DNA from: Wickerhamiella versatilis
Taxonomy: Eukaryota
DNA: 64,000 nt
Direction of reading: 5' to 3'
NCBI GenBank assembly: GCA_030867685.1
Contig: JAQOWU010000008.1
Coordinates: 4,340,001 to 4,404,000, forward strand
Position numbers and translations under genes: made by a program
The notes under the pieces: generated by a model
What the model was told of the DNA's origin: nothing
The model's database searches: none
The model's input: only the letters and a program-made list of their open reading frames with translations
Shown here: piece by piece, positions 35,129 through 46,653 of the stretch
Numbering within the stretch: position 1 is the first letter of the stretch
Layout: each line of letters begins with the position of its first letter

Positions 35129-36309
35129 GTCTTGTTGATAGTGTCGTGTACAAAGCCTCCTTGCATGAAGATGTCAAAATACCATAGGAGTACCCGACTA
35201 TTTCGAACATGAACTAAAATTTGCGTCAAATACTAAGTAAGTTGTAGGACCTAGTAGCATTGTTTATTTATTAATTGTCCATACGCCGATGAAAAAGGGG
35301 GTACAGCTAGAACTTCATTTTAAAAAAGTTTCAAGGAGCAGCTAGTGCATAGTTAATATCGATTGGTATGAGCTCAACTGGCATACTATGACTATAGTAA
35401 AATAGATAAACCAACGCTACAAGGGCTAGGGTATAAATGGTGCACTTCGTGACCACTAAGGATGGCGCTTCGAAATATCGAGAGTTAAAAAATTTCTCAG
35501 AGATTTTGAGATGGACCGATTGATATGCGGTGCCTTCAATAGTCGTTAACACTTCGAATCTTGAGGATAGGAAAACTTACATAAATACACATGCTAACTA
35601 GATTATGCCAGATCTTATCGGACATTACGCATTTTTATAGGCTAGAGGCTGATGCTAAAGCTCATGCTATTAATATTAATTGAAGTTGTTCATTGAGTAT
35701 TTATGTGATTAATTTAAGTTCCTGATTTCTACCTGCCCTTTTTCATGTTTACTCCCTGCCTTGAACTTACTTAGACTTTCAGTTTAATGCTAACGGCTAA
35801 GATGCAGATATGACTCAGATATGTTATTTCAGGTAATTATATCCCTGCAGACCACTGTCACTACCTTTAAGTTTATTCTTAGTGATATGGGATTGTGTGC
35901 TATGTGCTGGATTGACAGCTATCGCACTCTCTGATGTTCTCATTCAACCAGAATGAGTTATAATAACTGGGCAAAAGCTATGAATATAGTAAATTTACTA
36001 TAGGAGGAGCCTATTTTCCTGCTATTATAATCAGTGAGAGAGAGAGTAAGTGTGACAATCGCTGAGTAATGACGAGTGATAAGCAATTCCAAGCTTTATT
36101 TTTATTAGTATTCAAATTACGTGTTGTTATTCAATCATCAGGTAACTGTTGAGAGATTTTTCTAATATGTTGATTAGAAAATGAATGGAATAGCTTAACA
36201 AAAGAGATGATTAACGAATTATATTCCTCGTATAATGTGGACTGCGAGGGGATATTGGTGCGTTGCGAAAGCGAGGAATAACCACAAGTCGCTAGCAGAC
36301 GGTGATTTT

Positions 36310-36975
36310 TTAGCCAGTGGCAAGCTTCTTTAGCTGGGTAATATCGCCATTGAAAATATCAGAGTCGCCACCTGCGGAATAAGAATCCGCATTTTGCCAA
36401 ATAGTCTCAAAAGGCCAGCCTCCGGGGGCGGCCTGAGGTGAGGATCCCCAGCTAGCAAGCATGAGGGGAGAATTCTTGCTGAATTTTGTACTATCTCCAG
36501 TACATTCCTTCCACCATGATGGAGAGGTGTACAAAATTGGGTAGCGACCTGTTTTGGAGTGATATGTATCGACAAAGTCGCTGATATAGTTGACGGTAAA
36601 GGAGGCGCTTCCTGGGCAGACACCCTCCAGATCTAGCATACCTGGAAGGGTTATTCCGTCATCACTCCATCCTCCACCATGAGCGAGAAAATACTCCGCC
36701 TCAGAGGCACCATTTCCATAACTTGCAAAGTGGTAACCTCCACGAATTAGGCCCGCCTCAGTAGCTCCCGTATACTGCTCACTGAATTCGGGGCTGATAT
36801 AGCTGGTACCCTCCGTTGCCTTAATGACAACGAATCGGGCACCATTTGAATAGGCAGATTTGAAATCTACATTGGGCTGGTAGCTAGAGATATCAAATCC
36901 TTGCACGGAGGCTGCGGAAGCAGCACCAATCATATATCCTAAGAAACCCAGACTGCCAATATTGTTCAACCTCAT
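36310..36975 (-). CDS. Secreted GH25 lysozyme (Chalaropsis-type N,O-diacetylmuramidase)
   Basis: Signal peptide, VQGFDISSYQ, IKATEGT, IRGGYHFA, GGGWSDDGITLPGMLDLE (catalytic D and DxE). Confidence 0.93.
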   Translation of the reverse strand: MRLNNIGSLGFLGYMIGAASAASVQGFDISSYQPNVDFKSAYSNGARFVVIKATEGTSYISPEFSEQYTGATEAGLIRGGYHFASYGNGASEAEYFLAHGGGWSDDGITLPGMLDLEGVCPGSASFTVNYISDFVDTYHSKTGRYPILYTSPSWWKECTGDSTKFSKNSPLMLASWGSSPQAAPGGWPFETIWQNADSYSAGGDSDIFNGDITQLKKLATG

Positions 36976-37203
36976 TTTTTATTGGGAATCTTCACAGAAT
37001 TTATTTTTTAGGCAATAATATATATATTAATATGGGCTAGGAGGGGGCAAGGAATATGAATTCGACCAACCAGATGCCTTGCTTGCATCGTACTTATGTG
37101 TAAGATGATCACCGAAATTGTCTTGCATGAGACCGCAGGTCCTTCGACATTGCTTTATATAAATAAACTAATAATTATACTTCCAGTTTGCACATTGCTG
37201 TAA

Positions 37204-38355
37204 ATGAGGTCATTTCCATTTCATCTTCTCCCGGTATTCAATCATTTAATGTGCACACCATTTTTTGGTGCCTCGAGCCTAACTATGAATGGTGCTATTG
37301 CCAGTCCACAATTAGAAGGGACTAGCCAAAAGTCAAGCATGTGTGATCTTGAAGATGTTGAATTACTTGCAGCAACACATGTTATATATTCGTACAGCGG
37401 CGCGGAACCTCCTCTAGAACTACTCAACCTGACAGAACAGGGGAAAGTCGGTGGCATTATGCTTTTCGGTGGAAACGTTAACGATAATCTCTCAATTAAT
37501 ATTGAGAAAATTCAGCAAGCATATAAGATGAGTCCTGCATACTTTGGCAAACCTCTTTTGATTTCAACTGATCAAGAAGGAGGCTATGTGAAAAGGATAC
37601 CTGGTGGGCCATATGAATCTGCAAAGGAGGCAGGACAACAAAGAAACCCAATTTGTGCCGCGTTACAGGACGGAAAGGATGCAGGACAAACGCTCAAGAG
37701 TCAAGGAGTAAATGTGAATTTGGCACCAGTGCTAGGTGTTTATCGATCGGAAAGTAATTTTTTGAATCAGTTTAACAGGTCATACAGCAATGATACAACC
37801 ATTGTCTCAGCCTGTGGTTCTTCGTTTATTCAGTCGGAACAAAAAGTAGGCATTGCGAGTACTGCAAAGCATTTCCCTGGGCTAGGCTTAGCAGGAAGTG
37901 ATACCACTGATGGGGTACCAGTGACAATAAACTCGACTCTTAAAGAGCTCAGAGAGATTGATATTGTACCGTTTCGTAATGCCATATCAGATGGCGTCGA
38001 CCTAGTTATGGTCTCATGGGCATTCTATGATGCCTTGGATGGCAGCTTACCAGCAGGATTGAGCAAGAAGTGGGTAAAAGGGGAACTTAGAAATGAAATT
38101 GGTTTTGAGGGTGTAACAATTACAGATGCAATTGAAGCAGGTGCCCTCATATCTTTCGGAGATGATAATGAAAGAGCTATCCTCGCAACCCAGGCCGGCA
38201 TGGATCTAATTTCTGCAGGACGTCGCAATGTATCGCAAGGTCTATCGATTGTGAAGGCACTTAGTGCTAAATTGGCTGACGGTTCATTGCCACTTCAAGA
38301 ATTCAGAGAAGCTACTAACCGGATTCAAAAACTCCAAATGAAACTTGGAGCCTAG
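37204..38355 (+). CDS. Single-domain GH3 beta-N-acetylglucosaminidase-like (NagZ-related)
   Basis: LLISTDQEGG.V.R, NLAPV, AKHFPGLG, ITDAIE. No C-terminal GH3 domain. Confidence 0.85.
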   Translation: MRSFPFHLLPVFNHLMCTPFFGASSLTMNGAIASPQLEGTSQKSSMCDLEDVELLAATHVIYSYSGAEPPLELLNLTEQGKVGGIMLFGGNVNDNLSINIEKIQQAYKMSPAYFGKPLLISTDQEGGYVKRIPGGPYESAKEAGQQRNPICAALQDGKDAGQTLKSQGVNVNLAPVLGVYRSESNFLNQFNRSYSNDTTIVSACGSSFIQSEQKVGIASTAKHFPGLGLAGSDTTDGVPVTINSTLKELREIDIVPFRNAISDGVDLVMVSWAFYDALDGSLPAGLSKKWVKGELRNEIGFEGVTITDAIEAGALISFGDDNERAILATQAGMDLISAGRRNVSQGLSIVKALSAKLADGSLPLQEFREATNRIQKLQMKLGA

Positions 38356-38969
38356 AATGCTGTATATTCAAGAGATGAAAATCAATGTTACGAAATTACA
38401 AGTTGAATTATATCTTAAATACTATATACTTAGGCAGCAAGAGCGATAAGCTATAGACTGATTTTAGTGCATTACAGAACATTTTTGATTCAGTAATAAT
38501 ATTAGCCAGCAAACGGTTACTTAAATGTTTTGACCAGAGACAAAGCGTGATACTTTGAGTGCACACACAAGCGGAGTATCTAAAGTTATCCCACCACAGT
38601 CTATAGCAAAATTCAGAAATAAAACAGTTAGAATTTCAGCTCAGACAGAAAATTCAGTGTCACTTCGCTTTCGAGATATAACGCCACATCGAATCCCCGT
38701 CCTCGGTGCCCGAATCCATAACTGTGACTATGCCATCGCATACGTAACGCAGTTTTCCGATATAAAGTTGGAGGAGCCCCATACCTCTCTTTTTAGCTAT
38801 AATATATAATAGTAAGAATCAAAGTTTAATAATTAATGATACTTCACGCTACCCAATCTCTGAGTTTTGTGAGCTAGTTAACCATCGGAAAATGTCGTCG
38901 GAACTTGATTGTCGATTACTCATATTTTGTGGGAGACTACTGTTGACTCAATCTTTCTTGTCTATTGAC

Positions 38970-39545
38970 ATGGCAATTGAGCCTAAGCATGTTGTATTGA
39001 CTGATGGATCAGATGCAACGGTATTCACTGTTGCATCTGCAGAGGAAGTCACTGCTGATATTGCAAGAAAAATGTGCGAAATGTACAATTATGAGGTCTC
39101 AAGGGGTCAAACGTTTCCCCTCGATGAAATACTAGACATAAGTAGTTTTTGTGACTACTGGATACCGCCTTGTTGTGGAATTATGGTATCTGGCTATCAT
39201 CACAAGTTGCCGTCTGATGGAAGCACTGTGCTAGCAACATACTTTATCAAAAAAAACTATCCCTACGGTAGGTGCTCCCATATCGGCAATGCTGCCATGA
39301 TGGTAGATCGTAATGCGCGGAGAAAGGGTATTGGAAAGATTTTAGGTTCTTGCCTGCTTCAAGATGCAAAAGCGTTAAGATATACCTACATAATGCTGAA
39401 TCTGGTGTTTATCACTAACGTTGCTTCACAGAAAGTCTGGGAAGCCATCGGATTCGAAAAAATTGGGCGCATACCTCACGCAGTTAAAGCAGAAGGATAT
39501 CCTCAGCCAGTCGATGCACTAATTTATGGAATGACACTTTCGTAA
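38970..39545 (+). CDS. GNAT N-acetyltransferase, Mpr1/Spt10-like
   Basis: YFIKKNYPYGRCSHIGNA, ARRKGIGK, NLVFITNVAS..WE.IGF..IGRIP. Likely start 38970, with an in-frame ATG also at 38892. Confidence 0.85.
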   Translation: MAIEPKHVVLTDGSDATVFTVASAEEVTADIARKMCEMYNYEVSRGQTFPLDEILDISSFCDYWIPPCCGIMVSGYHHKLPSDGSTVLATYFIKKNYPYGRCSHIGNAAMMVDRNARRKGIGKILGSCLLQDAKALRYTYIMLNLVFITNVASQKVWEAIGFEKIGRIPHAVKAEGYPQPVDALIYGMTLS

Positions 39546-40174
39546 AAAGTGCATAAATCAAGGCAGAGCGACTATCCTACTCATTCGGTTACACTTATTA
39601 AGGCTTAATTGAATCAAAGATACTAGCTTAGTTCTCACATTCAATCTCTAATAAGCTAAATCGGATTATACAGTATAAATTTATGGACTTAAAATTTTCT
39701 GTACGTCAAAGATGTTAAAAGTCAAAAGAAAAAATTCATCAAAATAGAAAAAAACAATTGTATTGAGTGGGTAGGTAAAAAAGTTCCCGTATTTCGCTGA
39801 ATATGATAGCGGCTATTAGGAATATCAGTGATAAACATTTATTCCGACACATGTGTAATCGCAAAAGTTACTTTGGAGACCATGACCGCTCACACCACAA
39901 GCCCAGAGAACGGGGGTTTCACCAGCTTTAACCTTGACTGGATCACAAAAATCGGGTTTCCACAATCAGTGTAGATTTATTTGGAACTCAATGATTTATG
40001 TTGAACGACATGAGCAAAAAGACACAGAATACGCAGTGCTAATAAATGGCATAAATATAACATAGTTCCATATGTAAAATTATTACAGGTAAGTGTATTA
40101 TTAGAAAACAACCGAGTAGGGGACAAAACCTTGAAAAAAGTGTTACCCACTTAAGAGTGATTGCACAGGAAGAA

Positions 40175-41185
40175 TTAATTAGACCAAGAATAAGATCCCA
40201 AAATAATTACCACAATACAGCAGCCGGAAAATACAGTCACGACTCCATAAGCATAGGCTCTCCACAAAGGCAAGCTATACATCTCAACAATAACCATAGG
40301 CACGGTGCTTAAGCAAGCACAAAATCCACGTGTTAAGCTATACAGTACTTGTCTCTGCAGAGTTGAGGACGTAACAGAGCTCCGAAGAATTCTAAACATA
40401 CATGCTAGAGCAACACTGAGCATGTTAGCAGCGAAGGTGCCCAATTTGTAGTATGGTTTGTTAAATCTCGTCAGATAGAAGCGCAACCATGTTCCGAACG
40501 GGGAGAACGATGCAATCAAAGGCAAATTCCTTTCAGAGCCCATTACGACCGCTAGCACTACCACAGTCACCCACCCTGCCACTCCAAGCGTAGCCGTGGC
40601 ACGAAGATACCACAATTCTAGGATAGGATCTCGAATGAAATTAACAGGAAGATAAAGTTCACAAAAGGAGGCCAAATGAATTCCCATTTGAAACCCTGAA
40701 AAACTCACCGCTATTTCAATGATTAGATCTGCCATAAACAATGGTACTCCATATCCATACGTTGGCCAGTTACTCTTTGGTGACGTGACATTAAAGAACT
40801 CAACAATAAGGTAAGTACTTAAGCTTGACAACGTTCCACTAAGACCCATCCCATGGAGTATAGACAGTTTAGGACCAAATACCTCCCGGAGACCCATGAG
40901 CAAGGAGCCGGCAAAGTTAACCCACTTAGTGGATCCATTTTCAAAGCCAGTCAGGTTCTCTAGACCAGTTCGTGCGACAGAGCCGCATAAAGAGAAGAAA
41001 GCCAGAGCCAGAGCTAACTCAAGGGTCTCTAGTTTTGAAACAGAGCGTGTATCGGCAATCGGGATTAAGTCAGATCCTACGAAATAAACGATGAGTAAGC
41101 TATATATGTCGGACGACAGTTCGTAGTACCCATACCTACTATTCGAGGACATATCAGCTGAGCAGATATCGTACTTAAAGGCCAT
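40175..41185 (-). CDS. Fluoride exporter FEX-like (two CrcB/Fluc domains), diverged
   Basis: G..AR.GL..., NFAGSLLMG, PFGTWLRFYL...GTFAAN, RGFCACLSTV. Confidence 0.8.
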   Translation of the reverse strand: MAFKYDICSADMSSNSRYGYYELSSDIYSLLIVYFVGSDLIPIADTRSVSKLETLELALALAFFSLCGSVARTGLENLTGFENGSTKWVNFAGSLLMGLREVFGPKLSILHGMGLSGTLSSLSTYLIVEFFNVTSPKSNWPTYGYGVPLFMADLIIEIAVSFSGFQMGIHLASFCELYLPVNFIRDPILELWYLRATATLGVAGWVTVVVLAVVMGSERNLPLIASFSPFGTWLRFYLTRFNKPYYKLGTFAANMLSVALACMFRILRSSVTSSTLQRQVLYSLTRGFCACLSTVPMVIVEMYSLPLWRAYAYGVVTVFSGCCIVVIILGSYSWSN

Positions 41186-41219
41186 TAAATAGATATTTTT
41201 TATTGAGAAAATACAAAAT

Positions 41220-42509
41220 CTATTGCAATGTGCGTGCGGTCTGAAAAAAAATGCGTGCTGCCGATCCCATCTCTATTAGCTGTGATCTTAAATTACTATT
41301 TCCAGAGCCATTTTCAAATTCGCTAGAATCAGGATGCTGTCCTTCATTGCTGTTCACGTACTGATTGTATCGATCAGCACGTGACTTATCGAGCTTAGTG
41401 GGGTTCATGTCCCCCGCATACCATCCATCATTAAACTTCAAAAATTCATTCATGAGAAAAATAGTATTGTTTGCTTGAAAATGTATTGACTGGTCCAGTT
41501 TTGAATCGCGACCACCGAAAATTTCAAGATAATCAGCGAAACTAGTGACAAGTAGCTGGTAGAACTTGGTATAGTCGGAATAAAAACGCCGGCTTGTGTT
41601 TGCTGGACGTGTGTCAAATATGGCTGTCGAGCTGTTTGTAGCTTGAGACATTATATCATGGCTTTTTTGGTAGTAGGATTCATCTTTAGTGTACTTGTAC
41701 AGCAACGTACACAGGGATACTGGGGTCCCTTGATTGTAAGTCCACTTTCGCAAATTTCCACCACCCCCAGAGGGAGGTCCATCATAGAATAGCCCATCCG
41801 AAGGATCGAGAGTATTGCTCCAGAGATAATCGAGACATTTCTTTGCAAAGTCTGTATAGGTATCATTTCTCAAATGATTCGCTAGGCGTGCAGCGGCTAA
41901 GCCTGCCTCAGAGGTAGTGACCGTGTTTGCACCTGGATGATTTCTGTGCCAAACGACGCCTCCAGTGGTGTCATTCCAACCTGTCATGAGAAAGTCAACA
42001 CAACGTTTTCCGTATTCGAGGTAAGTATTGTTACCACTGACCTCATATGCTGTGAGATATGCCTCTGCAACCTGGCTATTGTCATCGTAGTACATATCAG
42101 TATCTCCATTAAAGTATTCCGTGGCGGTGTATCCCTTCTGAACAGGGTTCCAGTAGGTGTCAAGCGTATCAAGCGCGGTGGCCATCTTGGGAAGCCATCC
42201 CGAGTCAGCACTGGCTGCATCCACGAGAGCCTGAGCGGCAACCACCGTACTCCAAAGCTCGTACTTCCCTCCACTCATGCCACCGGTACTGTTGTTCATA
42301 TCAATAAAAGCATTCTGGCCTCCACTGTAGAAATGGGACAGCATATTTCCTGCGACAGTGAATCCTGTTTGACGACTGCCAGAAACATCTATCACTTGCT
42401 CAGCACGGTTTTGGAAATGGTGATGGTGCTGCACAGGCTGAGATCGAGTGAAATCTATAGAGCATAGAAGGACACATAGTACCCGCAAAATTCCGTGATG
42501 TTGTCCCAT
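41220..42509 (-). CDS. Secreted GH76 alpha-1,6-mannanase-like protein
   Basis: Signal peptide, catalytic YYDDN, GGVVW, DGLFYDG, WTYNQG. Confidence 0.88.
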   Translation of the reverse strand: MGQHHGILRVLCVLLCSIDFTRSQPVQHHHHFQNRAEQVIDVSGSRQTGFTVAGNMLSHFYSGGQNAFIDMNNSTGGMSGGKYELWSTVVAAQALVDAASADSGWLPKMATALDTLDTYWNPVQKGYTATEYFNGDTDMYYDDNSQVAEAYLTAYEVSGNNTYLEYGKRCVDFLMTGWNDTTGGVVWHRNHPGANTVTTSEAGLAAARLANHLRNDTYTDFAKKCLDYLWSNTLDPSDGLFYDGPPSGGGGNLRKWTYNQGTPVSLCTLLYKYTKDESYYQKSHDIMSQATNSSTAIFDTRPANTSRRFYSDYTKFYQLLVTSFADYLEIFGGRDSKLDQSIHFQANNTIFLMNEFLKFNDGWYAGDMNPTKLDKSRADRYNQYVNSNEGQHPDSSEFENGSGNSNLRSQLIEMGSAARIFFQTARTLQ

Positions 42510-42618
42510 AGCCCAAATTAACTTGATCGACGAAAGGTTAATGGTCTTAATATAAAGCTCTAAAAAATGGTTTCTAACGGCTCGGGGATCAACCCCTTCC
42601 CTTATGTTTATAAGCGAT

Positions 42619-42784
42619 ACGCGTGAGACAGCAGTACCCTTACATATAATGAGAGGTACGCCTGCCCTCTACCAATGCTACATTGTAATAGAAATAATTG
42701 GAGTTAACAAGGCATATTTTAATGATGAAATAACCAGAATCCTAACTTTTCTGCGCGAAAAACGCGTCGGACTTGCTGACGCGA
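42619..42784. promoter_or_regulatory. Cluster of MCB/SCB-like elements upstream of the GH76 gene
   Basis: ACGCGT at 42619 and 42762, CGCGAAA at 42754, ACGCGA at 42779. Confidence 0.4.
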
Positions 42785-43392
42785 ATCACTTACCTTACCT
42801 CTCCGATATTTGTTACACGAGAAGAGAGGGGTAGATCGTGTGCCTTGGTAGCAAATCTTCGCGATTGTTCCACACTTGAAAACAGGAAATTATGTCTAAA
42901 GATTACATAGATACAATCTACTAGATCGAGACTATATCTATGAGTTCTTAGTAGTATCTAAAGCAGAGGGTTAATTTTCCACTGACTAACCAGCCAGATG
43001 TTAGCCATGCTGAGTACAACTAGTAAATGCTTAAGGCTAAATTTGGACACCAAAAAAAAGGTGATGCAGGACCTCTAATCTGATGGCTTGCTGAACATTC
43101 TTTAGAGGGCATTTGTCAATGTCCTAATCTTTCCTTACCACCAAAGTATTATAAAGACGATCCTTCTGTACAACAATACCAAATACGACAGCTCGAATGT
43201 TTTCGTGGCTCAGGACCACATGACTCGCTGGTTCGCTGGTGTACATAGGTGCGAGCAAACTATTGTAGCCAACTTGAGTAGGTAAGGTCAGAAGAGAAAC
43301 AGAGAGGTAACAATTCAAACCTCGATAGGTCTTTATACAAAACATCTAGTTCCACACCATCGTAACAGGTATCAATGATTATATATATTTAT

Positions 43393-44442
43393 CTATTGCA
43401 GACGTACCACAATCTTATAGCCTGATGCACCATCTTGCATCGCCTTGAAAGCTTTAGGTATGTCATCGAGCGAATTACCGAGCACATGAACCGGCAATGC
43501 TTTCAGGCCCTTTGCTTTAATGACTGAACTTACTTGTTTGATGATTTCAGGTCCCTTCTGGAACACAGCAGGTGGCGCAGGAACTTCCGTGTCACCGAAC
43601 TTTATTTTGTCGTGTAGGAGGAAGAAAACCATTATACCGTGCACAGTTACATTTTCAGGGGCCTTTACATCAACGGGGAGGAACACATTGAAGTCGACCT
43701 TCTTCGATTTGGATGCTACTTCCAGCGCCTTGCTAGATGTGGCTGAGCTGCTAAATGCGTCGAAAATCATATCAAAATTATCACCACCTAGTTCGCGTGA
43801 CTGCTTGACCCAATCACCGTTACGATCCACAAAGTGTCCAATTCCTTCCAATAGAGACTTATACTGAGCACCAGCCACAACAACAACCTCGTAACCAAGA
43901 TATTTCAGAAGCTGTGCGGACTCGTAGCCAAGTGAAGTTGAAGCACCATACACAAGCGCCCAGGAGCCCTTTTTACTATCCTTGACAAGATCTATGCCGT
44001 TGTATCCCACTATGCTTGCTGCAGCTGTCCATGTACTGAGGGCATGTGCCGCTGCCGCCTCATAATGAGTAGCAACTACTTCGGATGGGATTTCAGAGCC
44101 TTCTCCAAGTTCCAGGGAAGGGAACTTGGTAACAAAGTCCTCATGCGTTTTCACTTCATTCGAAAAAGCCCCTTGCCAAGGCTCCAAGGGGTTGGCGCCT
44201 TTAAGCATGGCAGCTACCTTGTCCCCAACTTTCAGCGAGGTAACTGCCACGCCTACCTCTATTACATCACCGGCGAGGTCACAGCCCACACCAGTATTTT
44301 CAACGGCAAGCTTGTAATCACAAGGGTTCAGAGCCACAGCCTTTGGTTTGATTAGAACCTCGTGGGGACCAAGCTCAAGCTGAGGCACACTCTTGGCTAC
44401 AGGCGCACCTTTTTCCATAACATAAAGAGTACGGTTAACCAT
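43393..44442 (-). CDS. MDR-superfamily zinc-independent enoyl/quinone reductase (ToxD/YCR102C-like)
   Basis: AVALNPCDYK, GCDLAGDVIEVG, LVYGASTSLG, SGYKIVV. First ATG at 44442. Confidence 0.87.
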   Translation of the reverse strand: MVNRTLYVMEKGAPVAKSVPQLELGPHEVLIKPKAVALNPCDYKLAVENTGVGCDLAGDVIEVGVAVTSLKVGDKVAAMLKGANPLEPWQGAFSNEVKTHEDFVTKFPSLELGEGSEIPSEVVATHYEAAAAHALSTWTAAASIVGYNGIDLVKDSKKGSWALVYGASTSLGYESAQLLKYLGYEVVVVAGAQYKSLLEGIGHFVDRNGDWVKQSRELGGDNFDMIFDAFSSSATSSKALEVASKSKKVDFNVFLPVDVKAPENVTVHGIMVFFLLHDKIKFGDTEVPAPPAVFQKGPEIIKQVSSVIKAKGLKALPVHVLGNSLDDIPKAFKAMQDGASGYKIVVRLQ

Positions 44443-46653
44443 CTTGTACTGATTTAATTGATCGGGGATTGACAATCAAGGAACCTTATATAGTCGCTAT
44501 CTTACTAAATTATAGAGGTGAAGGGTCTGGAATTCCTTCGAAACCTTAGTAAGTACGCTTTAGCCATAGGGCCGTTGATTTCCTAGCCTGTTGAGTGAGT
44601 ATTTAACAACCAATGGAAATCACATTTTAACTAATAGGCTATAAATGCAAACCTTTGGACCAAGAATTGTTTTTAGTAGAACTAGAGCCATCCCTTATTA
44701 CCTTCGTGCCGCGATGACTAAAGCACGCAATGCACATATTGCTTTGTTGAATAATAGATCGTCAATATTAACGACTGTAAACTCTGGTGACAACGTTTCC
44801 TGAGAGCAAAAGCGAGATATGTAAAAGAACTTGTAATAAGCATAGTATAACAACATGTGTTACTGAGTTTGTACAAATCTGTGATTGGAGCAGGCCTAAG
44901 TAGACGGAAATAAAAGCGTATAAGGACTTTTTAAAAATTGTGGAAGACAACAATAATACTCAGAAATCTTAAGCGCTCATGAACAAAATCGAGATGCAAA
45001 AGAAATATTTGAACGTGATATATTGGATTCGACTCGACTATCATGATTTGGTCATTAGATAGTACTATATGCATTAAGCAAGTCAATTTAAGTTGAGTAG
45101 AGCCACGCGAGTATCAAAAACTGCTGTTCTGTGTATTCTTTATGTTGTACCCTAATAGAAAGCTACCCAGCCTTTATAGTATCGTGACTTTAAAAGAATA
45201 GCACCCTTACTAGGCTAAATATGACTATGACAGTCCTACTCTCGCTAATAATTAGCACTTCGAAAGGAAGAAATAGCTCATTGTTAATGGTTGTTTCTGT
45301 TTGTGGTCGCAGGAGCAGCTATGCAGATACTACGTCGTCAGGGCGAATGTATATTACATAAACACATTGATACCCGATATGCGAGATGTTGATAGAATAG
45401 ATTTAGATATAGTATATTTTAGGCTAATTGCTGATAGCATTTATTTCAGAAGGCGTCCCTAATTAAATATATGGTCCAGCAGCTCTAATCGTAAAAAGTG
45501 AAATCTAACCAAGCCGGCGTATGTCTCAGAGCTTACTGCATCGAGCATTGTAAGCTCCTATCCCCCGTTGTTGATCTGGTGAAACAATGGTTTGTGTGAC
45601 CCAATTTGATATTTGCCCGATAAAGTGATGCTTCAGCTCCACTCATACTATAATTGTGATACCGCCTTTGAATAAATTGCAAGAGAAAAATAATCAGCTA
45701 GGTATAGAGTCGCTCCAAACCTGGGGGAAACATATCGGCATAAATACAACTCATGATTTTCATTTGCAAAAAAAATTGCCAAAATCTTTATAAAATGCTA
45801 GAATACATTCCCATAAGCCTTTCGGGCTTATCACTCATTGGATACCACAAGCTAGCTTAATGCGAGCGATACGTTAAGAACAAAGTAATTAAATAAATTT
45901 CTACGGTATTTTAATTGAAATATGCGGCAACTGCTATCTCTTGGCAGCAATATCATATCTATGGGGATTGCTCTTGATATAGTAAAATTTTTGCCAGTAT
46001 CGACTGGCACGTATATAATTCAGTACCAGACAGCTAACTGAATTTGTAGGTTACTGAAATCTAAGGAGTATGTTTTTGCACAAAGAACAGAATTTTGGTG
46101 CATATCGGTGTTATATAGCAACGATATCTTGGAACTCTTGCACTTAATAATGGTCCGGGGGTCTAACACATAAGCGCTGGTATGTACGTTGACGAAACCA
46201 TGGTCAGAAAAGCAGCAATAGCAGACTAGAGCCCATTTTAGATCTTAATAGACTGATATTACTGGCGTATGTCTTCTGACATAGCTAGAACCTTGCGAAT
46301 CACGAAGCATCGAACAAATCTGCGAACTACCTTGCATAATATACACTCGGATAAGTCCGATTAAGAAGTAATAGTTCAATAGATTTGAAACCTTTTAGCT
46401 AGAAGAACTAACATTAGCCCTATTTTCTATTTTTCGCTTCCGCATAGGGTATATCAGCCAGACATGGTTAGGGTAGGGTATAATTTGTAAAGTCGCTCTT
46501 AAATACTACATAGAATCAAGCAGCCAGATCCGACTCCTGTGGCTCATGACCCTCGCCCTCCGTTTCCTATGATTCTGCCCCGGTTATACGATAGATAAGA
46601 AATTTATTGGTTTTCAAAATTAAAAGTTTCTCATCGGATCGTTATCTTGGAAA

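Noticed and set aside
44500-46600. Long gene-free stretch as LTR, centromere or ncRNA (likewise 10100-12090)
   Set aside because: No terminal repeats, tRNA/rRNA structure or recognisable element visible.
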